Shown here: piece by piece, positions 53,375 to 61,699 of the stretch | Layout: each line of letters starts with the position of its first letter | How positions within the stretch are numbered: position 1 is the first letter of the stretch | Sequence record: PZ172995.1 | DNA from: a phage | DNA length: 64,000 bases | Strand: one strand, 5' to 3' | Position numbers and translations under genes: made by a program | The notes under the pieces: model-generated | What the model was told of the DNA's origin: nothing | Database searches by the model: none | Seen by the model: the letters and a program-made list of their open reading frames with translations, nothing else

Positions 53375-53722
53375 ATGACATTTAAAGAGTTCTGCCAAGC
53401 TACTTTCATAATTGTTTTCTTAGTTGGGGCAGGTGTCTGGGGAGGATACTCTTACAGAGACTACCAAGTTGCTGAAGCTGAGTTAAGCAATGAGAAACTA
53501 ATAAGTGTTGCTAAAGATGCTTATCAGGAAGGTTTAGCCACACTCAGCACCAATTACAAAAATGATTTGAAAGATGTGCTTGCTAAGAATAAGCATACAA
53601 AAGAGGTACTAACATATGAAAAAACTAAGCCAGAGTTTTATAATGTTTGTGTTACTGATAATTATGTCAGGGTGTTCAACGAACAAAGTGAACAGTACAT
53701 TCAAAAACTCCCAAGTAAGTGA
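53375..53722 (+). CDS. i-spanin (Rz-like) candidate
   Basis: 115 aa; N-terminal TM segment (ATFIIVFLVGAGVWGG) then charged helical periplasmic region; contains start of overlapping lipoprotein gene. Confidence 0.5.
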   Translation: MTFKEFCQATFIIVFLVGAGVWGGYSYRDYQVAEAELSNEKLISVAKDAYQEGLATLSTNYKNDLKDVLAKNKHTKEVLTYEKTKPEFYNVCVTDNYVRVFNEQSEQYIQKLPSK

Positions 53723-53885
53723 GAGTGACAAGTACACTCAAGAAGAGTCAAGATTCACTGTCAAAGGTAATACTGGTAGTGATGTGGCAGCAGCCCTTGA
53801 GTTTTATCGTGATGGTTTTTACCAGTGCACAATCAAAGCTAATAACCTGATTGATATGATTTTATTAGGAAATAAACAGCAATGA
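53616..53885 (+). CDS. o-spanin (Rz1-like lipoprotein) candidate
   Basis: 89 aa in +1 frame overlapping 3' end of 53375..53722; signal plus lipobox (LLIIMSGC). Confidence 0.5.
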   Translation: MKKLSQSFIMFVLLIIMSGCSTNKVNSTFKNSQVSESDKYTQEESRFTVKGNTGSDVAAALEFYRDGFYQCTIKANNLIDMILLGNKQQ

Positions 53886-54151
53886 CAGAGAATGAAGATA
53901 CTTTCTATGTAGAAGGGTACTTACTACTACCACGACCAAAAGAAACTTATATGCGGGTTGATTTCTCACCAACCATTATGGATAACGTGATGTGCCATAT
54001 CTTTATGCAAGGTGTCACAGCACAGCTTAAGCATGTTGGTAAAGAGTGCAAAATAAAGGTTGACACTCATCCAGAAATCAAAGAGAATCACTACACATGG
54101 TTCTTACCAGACTCTAAAGAAATCTTAGCAGTTCTTAAAACGAGGAAATGA
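53882..54151 (+). CDS. hypothetical protein
   Basis: 89 aa, coupled starts. Confidence 0.4.
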   Translation: MTENEDTFYVEGYLLLPRPKETYMRVDFSPTIMDNVMCHIFMQGVTAQLKHVGKECKIKVDTHPEIKENHYTWFLPDSKEILAVLKTRK

Positions 54152-54462
54152 TTATGAAATTCCAGCCAACAAATCGTGGATTTTCTTATGCAGAATTTAA
54201 AGATGCTAAAGGGGAAATTTGTACTTTACAAGAGAGTTCATCATATGAACCATGTATCTGGTTAGGTGCTAAAGAGGTCTCTGTTCAGTACCTAGATGGT
54301 GGCTGGAAAACACTTGATATCCCAGCATTAGTAGGCAAAGATTTTGTAGGTAACCAAAGAATGAAACTCAACCAAGAACAGGTGAAAGAGTTATTACCAT
54401 ACCTTCAGTACTTTGCTGAAAATGGTGAATTACCAACAGAGGAACTTACAAATGCAGATTAA
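54148..54462 (+). CDS. hypothetical protein
   Basis: 104 aa, coupled starts. Confidence 0.4.
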   Translation: MIMKFQPTNRGFSYAEFKDAKGEICTLQESSSYEPCIWLGAKEVSVQYLDGGWKTLDIPALVGKDFVGNQRMKLNQEQVKELLPYLQYFAENGELPTEELTNAD

Positions 54463-54778
54463 TGGAAGAGACTTTGTAGCCGTTTACTACGAGAAAGATA
54501 AAGAAGTTGGCGTAGCACAAGTATCTTATGGTAATGGTAAGTGGTTGTATGGGACAATTGCAGTAGTCGGAACAAGAAGTGATACAAAAACTTTTAAAGA
54601 TTGTGTTGACCTTCTTGAAGAATCCATCCACAATCATTGGTGTCTGATATGGATGACTGACAACGAAGTGATAGAACGCTTCAAAAAGATTGGTATCAAC
54701 ATTGATAGCATTGAGCATGTTGACTTGTATGAGCTAACTGAGAAGGTAAACTATGAAAGTAATACTAGCCAGAGATAA
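54452..54778 (+). CDS. hypothetical protein
   Basis: Start set at internal Met MQINGRDF... of ORF 54413..54778. Confidence 0.4.
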   Translation: MQINGRDFVAVYYEKDKEVGVAQVSYGNGKWLYGTIAVVGTRSDTKTFKDCVDLLEESIHNHWCLIWMTDNEVIERFKKIGINIDSIEHVDLYELTEKVNYESNTSQR

Positions 54779-54986
54779 AAAGACCCGCAAGATTGTACGT
54801 TCAGCAGTATTCATAGGGAGAGATGAAGTCGTCCCGTTTGCAGGGGAAGATGTACTAACTTATAAGAAGGGTTTAAAACGTAAATTCAGTGACCGTTTAC
54901 GCGGATTCATCTCTGAACCATTAGAAGATTTCAAAAGTCGCTGTGGCGAAGGCATCATCATTCAAGAGGCAATTATTCATGGCTGA
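54753..54986 (+). CDS. hypothetical small protein
   Basis: 77 aa ORF. Confidence 0.35.
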   Translation: MKVILARDKKTRKIVRSAVFIGRDEVVPFAGEDVLTYKKGLKRKFSDRLRGFISEPLEDFKSRCGEGIIIQEAIIHG

Positions 54987-55179
54987 TTTCTGCAAAGATT
55001 GTGCTATCGAAATGTTTGGACGTGATACAGGTGACTTAAAAGGTCTTATCACTGAAGATGACTTTAAAGCTGGCTATGCAATGCCAGTAATCTGTGAAGG
55101 TTGTGGATGTATCTGGGTAGACCACGAAGGACAACGTGTAAAACCTTCAGAAGATAAAGAATCTTGGGAGAGATGCTAA
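54979..55179 (+). CDS. small Cys-rich protein
   Basis: Start set at MADFCKDC...; CxxC ... CEGCGC pattern; directly upstream of macrodomain gene. Confidence 0.35.
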   Translation: MADFCKDCAIEMFGRDTGDLKGLITEDDFKAGYAMPVICEGCGCIWVDHEGQRVKPSEDKESWERC

Positions 55180-55965
55180 ATGGGTATTGTAAAAATCATC
55201 AATGGGGATATCTTCTCCGCATTTGATAAAGGTAAGTTTGATATTATTGGTCACGGTTGCAACTGTATGAATTTAATGGGCGCAGGTATCGCTGACAAGA
55301 TTTCTAAACTTTACCCAAAAGCATATGAGACTGATACAGAAGTCTATCTGTATGCAGGTGGTATAGGTCACAAACCATGTGAAAATTTACTAGGCAATTT
55401 CTCTGTAGCACGTTTAGAACAAGGCCGTATAGCTAACCTTTACACTCAGCTTAAGACTGGTAAAGATGCCCGATACAGTGCTTTAGAGTCATCTTTGAAA
55501 CAACTTAACAGATACTGTGAAGTCAATCAGTTGAAGAAAGTTGGGTTACCTATGATTGGTGCAGGTATCGGTGGACTAGACTCTCAAGCCGTCACAGTCA
55601 TCATTAATCAGGTGATGAAGAGTGTAGATGTGTATCTGTATGTCTATGAAGGAGAGATGTACCACAAGTTACGCTCAGGTTGGAAGAACTACTGTGAACC
55701 AGAATACTTTGCTGGTGTAGTAGTGTTCACTAATGATGTAGTTACCCTCTTCAGACGAAGAAAAGGCAAGATACATCAAAGTAACCCTCCGGTTGAAAAG
55801 ATGTCTCTAAGTAACGCTCTAGTTACCCACCTGTCGAAGAGCAATCACAGAATTGCAGTAACATTTGGCAGTGATGCAGATACATATATCTATGCAAGAA
55901 CTGATGAGGATGTTGAGGAAATTTTCTCTTCACCGGAAGTAACCTTCTTAGACGCAAAGAACTAA
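55180..55965 (+). CDS. macrodomain protein (TARG1/DarG-like ADP-ribose binding/hydrolase fold)
   Basis: 261 aa; N-terminal IINGDIF...DIIGHGCNCMNLMGAGIA and later GLPMIGAGIGGLD match TARG1-type macrodomain motifs. Confidence 0.6.
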   Translation: MGIVKIINGDIFSAFDKGKFDIIGHGCNCMNLMGAGIADKISKLYPKAYETDTEVYLYAGGIGHKPCENLLGNFSVARLEQGRIANLYTQLKTGKDARYSALESSLKQLNRYCEVNQLKKVGLPMIGAGIGGLDSQAVTVIINQVMKSVDVYLYVYEGEMYHKLRSGWKNYCEPEYFAGVVVFTNDVVTLFRRRKGKIHQSNPPVEKMSLSNALVTHLSKSNHRIAVTFGSDADTYIYARTDEDVEEIFSSPEVTFLDAKN

Positions 55966-56034
55966 GAAACTCTGTAGAATATTCACAATAGGTTAAGCCT
56001 TTCTTATCTGGTAAATTTTTCAGGTAAGGAGGGC

Positions 56035-56234
56035 TTTTTCATTTCAGGATTGTGCAGGTAGAGTTCTGGACAGAAATCTGTAGAGAAAATTTTGAACTCC
56101 AAAGAGAAAATTCATTTTCAAACTGTGCAGGTAATCTCCAAAGAGCTTTTTCATTTTCAAAACGTGCAGACCCCGCTCAGGTCGGGCAAGAAAAATCATT
56201 TTAGAATTGTGCAGGTAGGTGGGTGCAGGTGGGG
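56035..56234. repeat. cluster of four to five direct repeats (~25-bp unit TTTTCATTTTCAAA-yTGTGCAGGTA)
   Basis: Copies at ~56035-56060, 56111-56133, 56146-56170, 56193-56217, partial 56218-56234, in a 500-bp gene-free gap. Confidence 0.65.
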
Positions 56235-56471
56235 ATGTCGCCATTTCTCACAAGGCTACCACATCTGAAAAGAAAAGTCAACAGAAAAATTTGTAGCGGA
56301 TTGAAAAATAATTCTTGATTGTAGTTCTGTTTTGTGGTAGTCGCGTGCACCCGTTTCATTACAATTTTTGCAAAAAATATTTTTAAAATTCCTATTGACT
56401 CTTTGAGTATGGTTATCTAATATTTGCATCAGACGGGCAATCAAGCCCACTTCCTAAACTGGAGAATCAAA

Positions 56472-56678
56472 ATGCTTTACAGTCGTGAATTGATGGTTAC
56501 AACTAACGTTAACACAAAGGTAAAACGTTTTTATATGCAAGTGTGCGGCGCATGGCGTAGAATATCAGAAGCTGACTATTGCAACTATGTAGAGACGGCT
56601 ATTAATTCTAATTGCTACCTTACAATAAACACTAAGAAGTTTACAAGACAGACAGCAATTTACTACTACGATAAATAA
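56472..56678 (+). CDS. small early protein
   Basis: Start set at MLYSRE... after RBS CTGGAGAATCAAAATG (ORF-track frame 56424..56678). Confidence 0.45.
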   Translation: MLYSRELMVTTNVNTKVKRFYMQVCGAWRRISEADYCNYVETAINSNCYLTINTKKFTRQTAIYYYDK

Positions 56679-56679
56679 A

Positions 56680-56769
56680 AAAGTACTTTACAAGGGGCTT
56701 AAAAGCTGATATCTTAAGCCCCAGATAAAGAGCTTTACTAAATTAACCCTTAAACTAGGAGATTCAAAA
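56680..56769 (+). promoter_or_regulatory. early intergenic cassette type 1 (stem-loop + AGATAAAGAGCTTTAC + SD)
   Basis: AGTACTTTACA, hairpin GGGGCTTAAAAGCTGATATCTTAAGCCCC (56694-56722), AGATAAAGAGCTTTAC, CCTTAAACTAGGAGATTCAAAAATG. Confidence 0.6.
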
Positions 56770-57150
56770 ATGGCTTATCGTGCACCGAAATTCATCAACA
56801 AAGACAACTTCCGCAACGCACTGGAGAAGTCACTTGGTGAAAATTTTAAAGGTAACATTATCGTTGTTCACGTATTCAATTTTAAGTATGATGTAAACGG
56901 GAATAGAATCAACCATTACACAGCAACCATGTTAGATGGTACGCTATCAAGTGAAAAAGCTGTACTGAATGCACTTGCAGGACGTGGTAAAAACCTGATA
57001 AGATGCGATAAGAGACGTTATCAGGGTGGCGCATATGGTTATGATGATGCTGTTTATCATCTTGAAAATATGGGCTATTCAGTGGAAAAAGCTGGAGTGT
57101 CTCAAATAATCGGCAGTGACGGCTATGTGACAATTTTCAAAATTAACTAA
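56770..57150 (+). CDS. small early protein
   Basis: 126 aa, preceded by conserved AGGAGATTCAAAAATG. Confidence 0.5.
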   Translation: MAYRAPKFINKDNFRNALEKSLGENFKGNIIVVHVFNFKYDVNGNRINHYTATMLDGTLSSEKAVLNALAGRGKNLIRCDKRRYQGGAYGYDDAVYHLENMGYSVEKAGVSQIIGSDGYVTIFKIN

Positions 57151-57151
57151 T

Positions 57152-57238
57152 AAAGTACTTTACAGGGGGCTTATAGTTCGATAAAGTAAGCCCCAGATAA
57201 AGAGCTTTACCACTAAATCCTAAATTGGAGATTCAAAA
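57152..57238 (+). promoter_or_regulatory. early intergenic cassette type 1
   Basis: Hairpin GGGGGCTTAT...GTAAGCCCC (~57166-57194) + AGATAAAGAGCTTTACCACTAAATCCTAAATTGGAGATTCAAAAATG. Confidence 0.6.
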
Positions 57239-57529
57239 ATGGCTATTATTAAAAACGTTGTAATTCCTGCAAAAACTCGTGATGACGCTCGCATCATGGC
57301 GAAAAAGTTAGGCGGGAAAGTGGTTGACAACGGAAAACAAACTGCTGTAAGGTGGAACGTGAAGGCGGATAAACAAATGAATTTAAAAAATTCACCAATA
57401 AACCTTTTTACATGTGTAAACACTATCGGGAAAACGAATGTATACACTAAAAAGGCATATATCAGACGCATCGCCATGACGTCACCTATTCGGACAATGA
57501 GAAGTCATGCAAAGCTGAAAATTAAGTAA
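57239..57529 (+). CDS. small early protein
   Basis: 96 aa after conserved SD context. Confidence 0.5.
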   Translation: MAIIKNVVIPAKTRDDARIMAKKLGGKVVDNGKQTAVRWNVKADKQMNLKNSPINLFTCVNTIGKTNVYTKKAYIRRIAMTSPIRTMRSHAKLKIK

Positions 57530-57530
57530 T

Positions 57531-57619
57531 AGAGTACTTTACAGGGGGCTTAAAAGCTGATATCTTAAGCCCCAGATAAAGAGCTTTACCACTCAATCCT
57601 TAAACTAGGAGATTCAAAA
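57531..57619 (+). promoter_or_regulatory. early intergenic cassette type 1
   Basis: Hairpin GGGGGCTTAAAAGCTGATATCTTAAGCCCC (57545-57573), near-identical to copy at 56694. Confidence 0.6.
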
Positions 57620-58132
57620 ATGAAAACTGTAGACGCTACCTTTGAAGTTGTAAAAGAAAAATTTTCCATCATTTACGAAGCTGTCAATTGCTACGAAGCA
57701 AGCCATAATCTTGATAATTGGAAGTTTACAGATGACCATCAAGGCGGTGTGACTATTAAAAACCCCAACTGTCAGCGTAATGGATTTAAATATGCAATTC
57801 CTTTACATTACAGCCTTAAACAGCTTTCAATTGACTATGCAAAACAAGGCCGGGAAAATCCATCGAAAGAGGCTTACATCAGCTTACAGAAAGAACTAGA
57901 AAGAGATTTAGAGGCTTCAGAATATAACATCGCCGCGAAAGTTGTAGATGCAAACGGTAGCACGGTTTTAGAGAGTTTTTATATTGGTTATGCTTTCGAT
58001 TGGTGCTACAGTGACGGCGATGATTTAGATGACAGACTAAAAGAGGAAGTGAACAACGCAGACGCAGAATCTGAAGTATTAGAACGCTTGGAAGCATTAA
58101 AAGATTCAGTGATGAATATCTTTAAGAACTAA
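57620..58132 (+). CDS. small early acidic protein
   Basis: 170 aa, D/E-rich C-terminal half. Confidence 0.5.
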   Translation: MKTVDATFEVVKEKFSIIYEAVNCYEASHNLDNWKFTDDHQGGVTIKNPNCQRNGFKYAIPLHYSLKQLSIDYAKQGRENPSKEAYISLQKELERDLEASEYNIAAKVVDANGSTVLESFYIGYAFDWCYSDGDDLDDRLKEEVNNADAESEVLERLEALKDSVMNIFKN

Positions 58133-58133
58133 A

Positions 58134-58223
58134 TAGACCTCTTTACACGGGGCTAACAAGCGGATATGATAGCCCCAGATAAAGAGATTTATCAAATTAA
58201 CCCTTAAACTAGGAGATTCAAAA
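58134..58223 (+). promoter_or_regulatory. early intergenic cassette type 1 (variant)
   Basis: Hairpin GGGGCTAACAAGCGGATATGATAGCCCC (~58149-58176) + AGATAAAGAGATTTATC + CCTTAAACTAGGAGATTCAAAAATG. Confidence 0.55.
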
Positions 58224-58520
58224 ATGAAATTATCAAATAAAGTTAGGGAAAACCTTAGCAAATTACTCAACAAAATTGATTTTATAGAGACATCAAGGAA
58301 TAGTCATGATGTTATGGAATGGTTACACGGCAAAATAAAAGGCCGTCGTGTAGTGATTTGCTTATGGAATAGTTGCAGGGAGTATAAAAAGCCTGTATTG
58401 CAAATTAATGTTTATGATGATACTTTTAAAAGTCCTGTAAAGTCTAAAAGCGATTTATTAGAATCCTATGAGATAACTGTAAATGGCAAAGTATCACGTA
58501 AAGAGGAAACACCATGTTAA
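58224..58520 (+). CDS. small early protein
   Basis: 98 aa after conserved SD context. Confidence 0.5.
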   Translation: MKLSNKVRENLSKLLNKIDFIETSRNSHDVMEWLHGKIKGRRVVICLWNSCREYKKPVLQINVYDDTFKSPVKSKSDLLESYEITVNGKVSRKEETPC

Positions 58521-58846
58521 TGACTGGTATCACTGCAATCATTGCCATTTTCGCGCTATATAAGGCATATAAAGCCTATAATCTAGCAAATAAGGCAATC
58601 ACACAGCAAGTTAGCAATAACCTTGTAGAGAGCTTTCTAGGGCGTTTAAGTGATGAGCAAATAAAGCGGCTAGAGATGAGCTTCAGATATAAAGCGAAAA
58701 CCTATCAGATAAGTGACATCTTCAAAGATGATTTCCAGTTAGTTGATGATTATAATTCTCTGATAAATGCTTTAAACATCAGTGACTTGAAAGACTATCA
58801 CGCTGTAATTGTTCAAGAATTGAGCAAACGAAAACAAAGTGTTTGA
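58514..58846 (+). CDS. small early membrane protein
   Basis: 110 aa; N-terminal hydrophobic segment (MLMTGITAIIAIFALY); stop overlaps TTGACA of next cassette. Confidence 0.45.
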   Translation: MLMTGITAIIAIFALYKAYKAYNLANKAITQQVSNNLVESFLGRLSDEQIKRLEMSFRYKAKTYQISDIFKDDFQLVDDYNSLINALNISDLKDYHAVIVQELSKRKQSV

Positions 58847-58937
58847 CACTGATTTTTAGATAGGTTAAATTACACATCAACGGGGAGGGAATGACCTTCC
58901 CCACTAAATAAAGTCCTTAAACTAGGAGATTCTAAAA
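58843..58937 (+). promoter_or_regulatory. early intergenic cassette type 2 (TTGACA-N17-TAAATT promoter + 5' stem-loop + SD)
   Basis: TTGACA 58843-58848, TAAATT 58866-58871, hairpin GGGGAGGGAATGACCTTCCCC (~58881-58902), SD AGGAGATTCTAAAAATG. Confidence 0.6.
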
Positions 58938-59096
58938 ATGTTTTGTGCAGGTGATAAAGTTGTCTGGAATGATATAGATGACGGTTTATGTACGAAAGTT
59001 GTTGTTATCTTAGAAATTGATTATATCACTGGTGTTGCAACTGTAGCAGATAATGATATAATCTTTGATGTCTTAATTAGTGAACTGTCAAAATAA
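58938..59096 (+). CDS. small early protein (52 aa), not in supplied ORF track
   Basis: ATG after conserved cassette SD; translation MFCAGDKVVWNDIDDGLCTK... Confidence 0.4.
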   Translation: MFCAGDKVVWNDIDDGLCTKVVVILEIDYITGVATVADNDIIFDVLISELSK

Positions 59097-59121
59097 AGTC
59101 CTTAAACTAGGAGATTCAAAA

Positions 59122-59394
59122 ATGTACACTACTAACAACGGTCGCACTTTAAATGTAACCCTACGCCACTATGTGAACGGTGTAATGCACTTCGAGGATT
59201 TACAAGCTGAACAACATATATTGGATTGGCAACTTGCAGGACTCCAAAAAACTGCTACCGGATACGGGAAAAAGATTCCAACTAGCTGGAAAGTATACTA
59301 CGAAGGCCGTTTGCGTAGAATTTATCAAGATGTATGCGGCAATAGCGCATCAAGTTACATCATAGTAAAAGGCAAAAAGCTGCATTTAGCATAA
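59122..59394 (+). CDS. small early protein
   Basis: Start set at MYTTNNGRT... after AGGAGATTCAAAAATG (ORF-track frame 59080..59394 begins upstream with GTG). Confidence 0.45.
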   Translation: MYTTNNGRTLNVTLRHYVNGVMHFEDLQAEQHILDWQLAGLQKTATGYGKKIPTSWKVYYEGRLRRIYQDVCGNSASSYIIVKGKKLHLA

Positions 59395-59395
59395 A

Positions 59396-59479
59396 GTACT
59401 TTACAAGGGGCTTATAAATCTGTACAGTAAGCCCCAGATAAAGAGCTTTACCACTAAATCCTAAATTGGAGATTCAAAA
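59396..59479 (+). promoter_or_regulatory. early intergenic cassette type 1
   Basis: Hairpin GGGGCTTATAAATCTGTACAGTAAGCCCC (59407-59435) + AGATAAAGAGCTTTACCACTAAATCCTAAATTGGAGATTCAAAAATG. Confidence 0.6.
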
Positions 59480-59884
59480 ATGGCTATTAATAATCGTGAG
59501 TTATCTATCTTAAAAGCACGTTTGACCGTTAACCGGATTAATGTTATCACATCAGCAGCACCGGATGAAACACTGCAAAACATTATTGGGAAGATTCAAA
59601 GTGTTATCTTAGACGTTGAAAGCGTAAAAAACTCATTGGCTGACGTTGCAGCCGGTATCACGCTAGACGGTGCACAACATGAGATGGCTGACATGTTAGG
59701 CAAATCAAAGGTAATGAATAAAGAATTAGACTTGAAAATGTTTCGATTTGCTGTTAAAGTGTGGCTATCCGTCGAGTATGACGCTAATTTTGCAATCGCT
59801 GATTTCTTTGCCACTTGGTTACAACGTAACTTAACAAATCATGATTTCCGTGATGTCTGTGATGCAATCTACGCAGAACTTTAA
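59480..59884 (+). CDS. small early protein
   Basis: 134 aa after conserved SD context. Confidence 0.5.
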   Translation: MAINNRELSILKARLTVNRINVITSAAPDETLQNIIGKIQSVILDVESVKNSLADVAAGITLDGAQHEMADMLGKSKVMNKELDLKMFRFAVKVWLSVEYDANFAIADFFATWLQRNLTNHDFRDVCDAIYAEL

Positions 59885-59891
59885 AAAGATG

Positions 59892-59984
59892 TTGACACTG
59901 ATTTTTAGATAGATTAAATTACTCATCAACGGGGAGGCAATAACCTCCCTACTAAATAAAGTCCTTAAACTAGGAGATTCTAAA
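59892..59984 (+). promoter_or_regulatory. early intergenic cassette type 2
   Basis: TTGACA 59892-59897, TAAATT 59915-59920, hairpin GGGGAGGCAATAACCTCCC (~59931-59949); near-identical to cassette at 58843. Confidence 0.6.
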
Positions 59985-60182
59985 ATGGCTATTATTAACG
60001 GCTTAACCATTGAAACAACACACATCAAAGATATCAAAGTTGGTGATGTAGTCCTTTCCCACGGCGTAGAAAAAACTGTCACTGCAAAGGATATCAAAGA
60101 GGATTCTTTCATGGGTAGAACTCTCTTCGGTGATTCTTATTGCTTAGGTTATCTTGCAGTTTTAAAAGTTGTCAAAAATTAA
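59985..60182 (+). CDS. small early protein
   Basis: 65 aa after conserved SD. Confidence 0.45.
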   Translation: MAIINGLTIETTHIKDIKVGDVVLSHGVEKTVTAKDIKEDSFMGRTLFGDSYCLGYLAVLKVVKN

Positions 60183-60183
60183 G

Positions 60184-60274
60184 TAATAAAGTACTTTACA
60201 AGGGGCTTAAAAAGTTGGTATCTTAAGCCCCAGATAAAGAGCTTTACACAGTCCTTAAACTAGGAGATTCAAAA
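60184..60274 (+). promoter_or_regulatory. early intergenic cassette type 1
   Basis: Hairpin GGGGCTTAAAAAGTTGGTATCTTAAGCCCC (60203-60231) + AGATAAAGAGCTTTACAC + CCTTAAACTAGGAGATTCAAAAATG. Confidence 0.6.
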
Positions 60275-60817
60275 ATGAAATGCTTTCACGGTACTACTCA
60301 AGAAAACTTCACCAACCTGATTAATAACGGTGATAAACCATCAGGCGCATGGAATTGTTCGGATATGGATGGCAATTTTTACGTTTATCCAGAAAATAAA
60401 ATCTATGGCGACGATGAGGAAGAAATAATCTCTGAAGGCATTCAACAAGCTTTAGGCAATGCCACTATAACGGCAGCTTTTCAGATGAAAACTCAAAACA
60501 TTGTTATCTTGGAACTTGATATTCCAGAGGATGAGTTGAATGATGATTATTCTTGTGATAATATGTCGAGCGTGGCAAGTTTTACAGAGTATTTCGATAT
60601 AAGCTGGATTAAAAAGGTTTACATCACTGAATTTAATGCTATGTTTTCGCCTTTTTGTCTCCCTTCACTGGATAACCCAAATTTAAACTATATTGACGAG
60701 TCTCTGGAACTTCTCGCTAAAAGTGTTCAACAATCAGACAGTATTCAGGTTTTTTGTGACATCATGGATACACTAACAGGAAACATCATAGAAAGTGATT
60801 TGAAGAGCTTTTTATAA
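60275..60817 (+). CDS. early protein
   Basis: 180 aa, acidic; no motif recognised. Confidence 0.5.
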   Translation: MKCFHGTTQENFTNLINNGDKPSGAWNCSDMDGNFYVYPENKIYGDDEEEIISEGIQQALGNATITAAFQMKTQNIVILELDIPEDELNDDYSCDNMSSVASFTEYFDISWIKKVYITEFNAMFSPFCLPSLDNPNLNYIDESLELLAKSVQQSDSIQVFCDIMDTLTGNIIESDLKSFL

Positions 60818-60883
60818 TAACCTATACAATCACCTTATAAATACTGATTAGCCCCTCACAGGGGCTTTTAGGAGGCCTAAATC

Positions 60884-61117
60884 ATGCTTACAACCATTTA
60901 TCTCATCCTTTCTATTTGTAATGGTCATTCATGCGATTTTAAAGGGCTTGAGGAGTTTACAGGGAGTAAAGAAAATGCCGTTCAAGTGTGCCAGATAGCA
61001 AGGCAAGACTATCCCGCCAGTGATGATATACAATGTTACTTTAAGACAGAAGATAATGACGGCGTTTATTTTGATAGCGTAGATGGTCAATATGAAATTA
61101 TCATTGAAAAAGACTAG
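60884..61117 (+). CDS. small early protein with N-terminal hydrophobic segment
   Basis: 77 aa; MLTTIYLILSICNGHSC... signal-like N-terminus. Confidence 0.4.
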   Translation: MLTTIYLILSICNGHSCDFKGLEEFTGSKENAVQVCQIARQDYPASDDIQCYFKTEDNDGVYFDSVDGQYEIIIEKD

Positions 61118-61129
61118 ACAAGCCTGATA

Positions 61130-61206
61130 AAAGTCTGTAAATTGTCAATCAACGGGAGGTAATAACCTCCCCACTAAGTAAAGTCCTTAAACTAGGAGAT
61201 TCAAAA
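61130..61206 (+). promoter_or_regulatory. early intergenic cassette type 2 (variant lacking clear TTGACA)
   Basis: GTCTGTAAATTGTCAATCAACGGGAGGTAATAACCTCCCCACTAAGTAAAGTCCTTAAACTAGGAGATTCAAAAATG; hairpin ~61154-61172. Confidence 0.55.
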
Positions 61207-61548
61207 ATGGCTTATGTAACCGTAATTACCGATAAAGATGGTTCATCTTGGTCAACTCAAGTAAGTGATAAGATGTCACCTATGCAGTGCCTAAAATACT
61301 TTGAGCAATGGAACAAAGGTGAAGAAACAAGCCCCTTCCAAGTGATGCAGATTATCCATACAGATAACGAAGGGAATAAAACTGTTTTGAATAGTGAGTA
61401 CTATGCAACCAGATTCGAAACGAGAAGTAAAGCAATGAAACTCTTACGTGAATCCGGTTACTCTCATATTGCCTCACTAATCTGGGATGACCTGCTAAAA
61501 AGTCAGCGTATCAGCTATGTAAAACCTGAAAAAACATTCATCAGTTAA
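61207..61548 (+). CDS. small early protein
   Basis: 113 aa after conserved SD. Confidence 0.5.
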   Translation: MAYVTVITDKDGSSWSTQVSDKMSPMQCLKYFEQWNKGEETSPFQVMQIIHTDNEGNKTVLNSEYYATRFETRSKAMKLLRESGYSHIASLIWDDLLKSQRISYVKPEKTFIS

Positions 61549-61699
61549 TCAATAACTTACAAAAAACTTTTAAAAAAGTGTTGACAATCCCTCTTGACAT
61601 TGGTAACTTTGTTCGAGGGGGTTTATCTAAAAGGGATTAACTTAAAAGATTCTTTATAGATAAACTTAAAAAATTGCTTGCAATCAGCTATCAAAACAA

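Noticed and set aside
56694-60231. Type 1 cassette hairpins as rho-independent terminators
   Set aside because: The stems are followed by AGATAAAGAG rather than a U-tract on the plus strand; listed as regulatory or processing hairpins instead.
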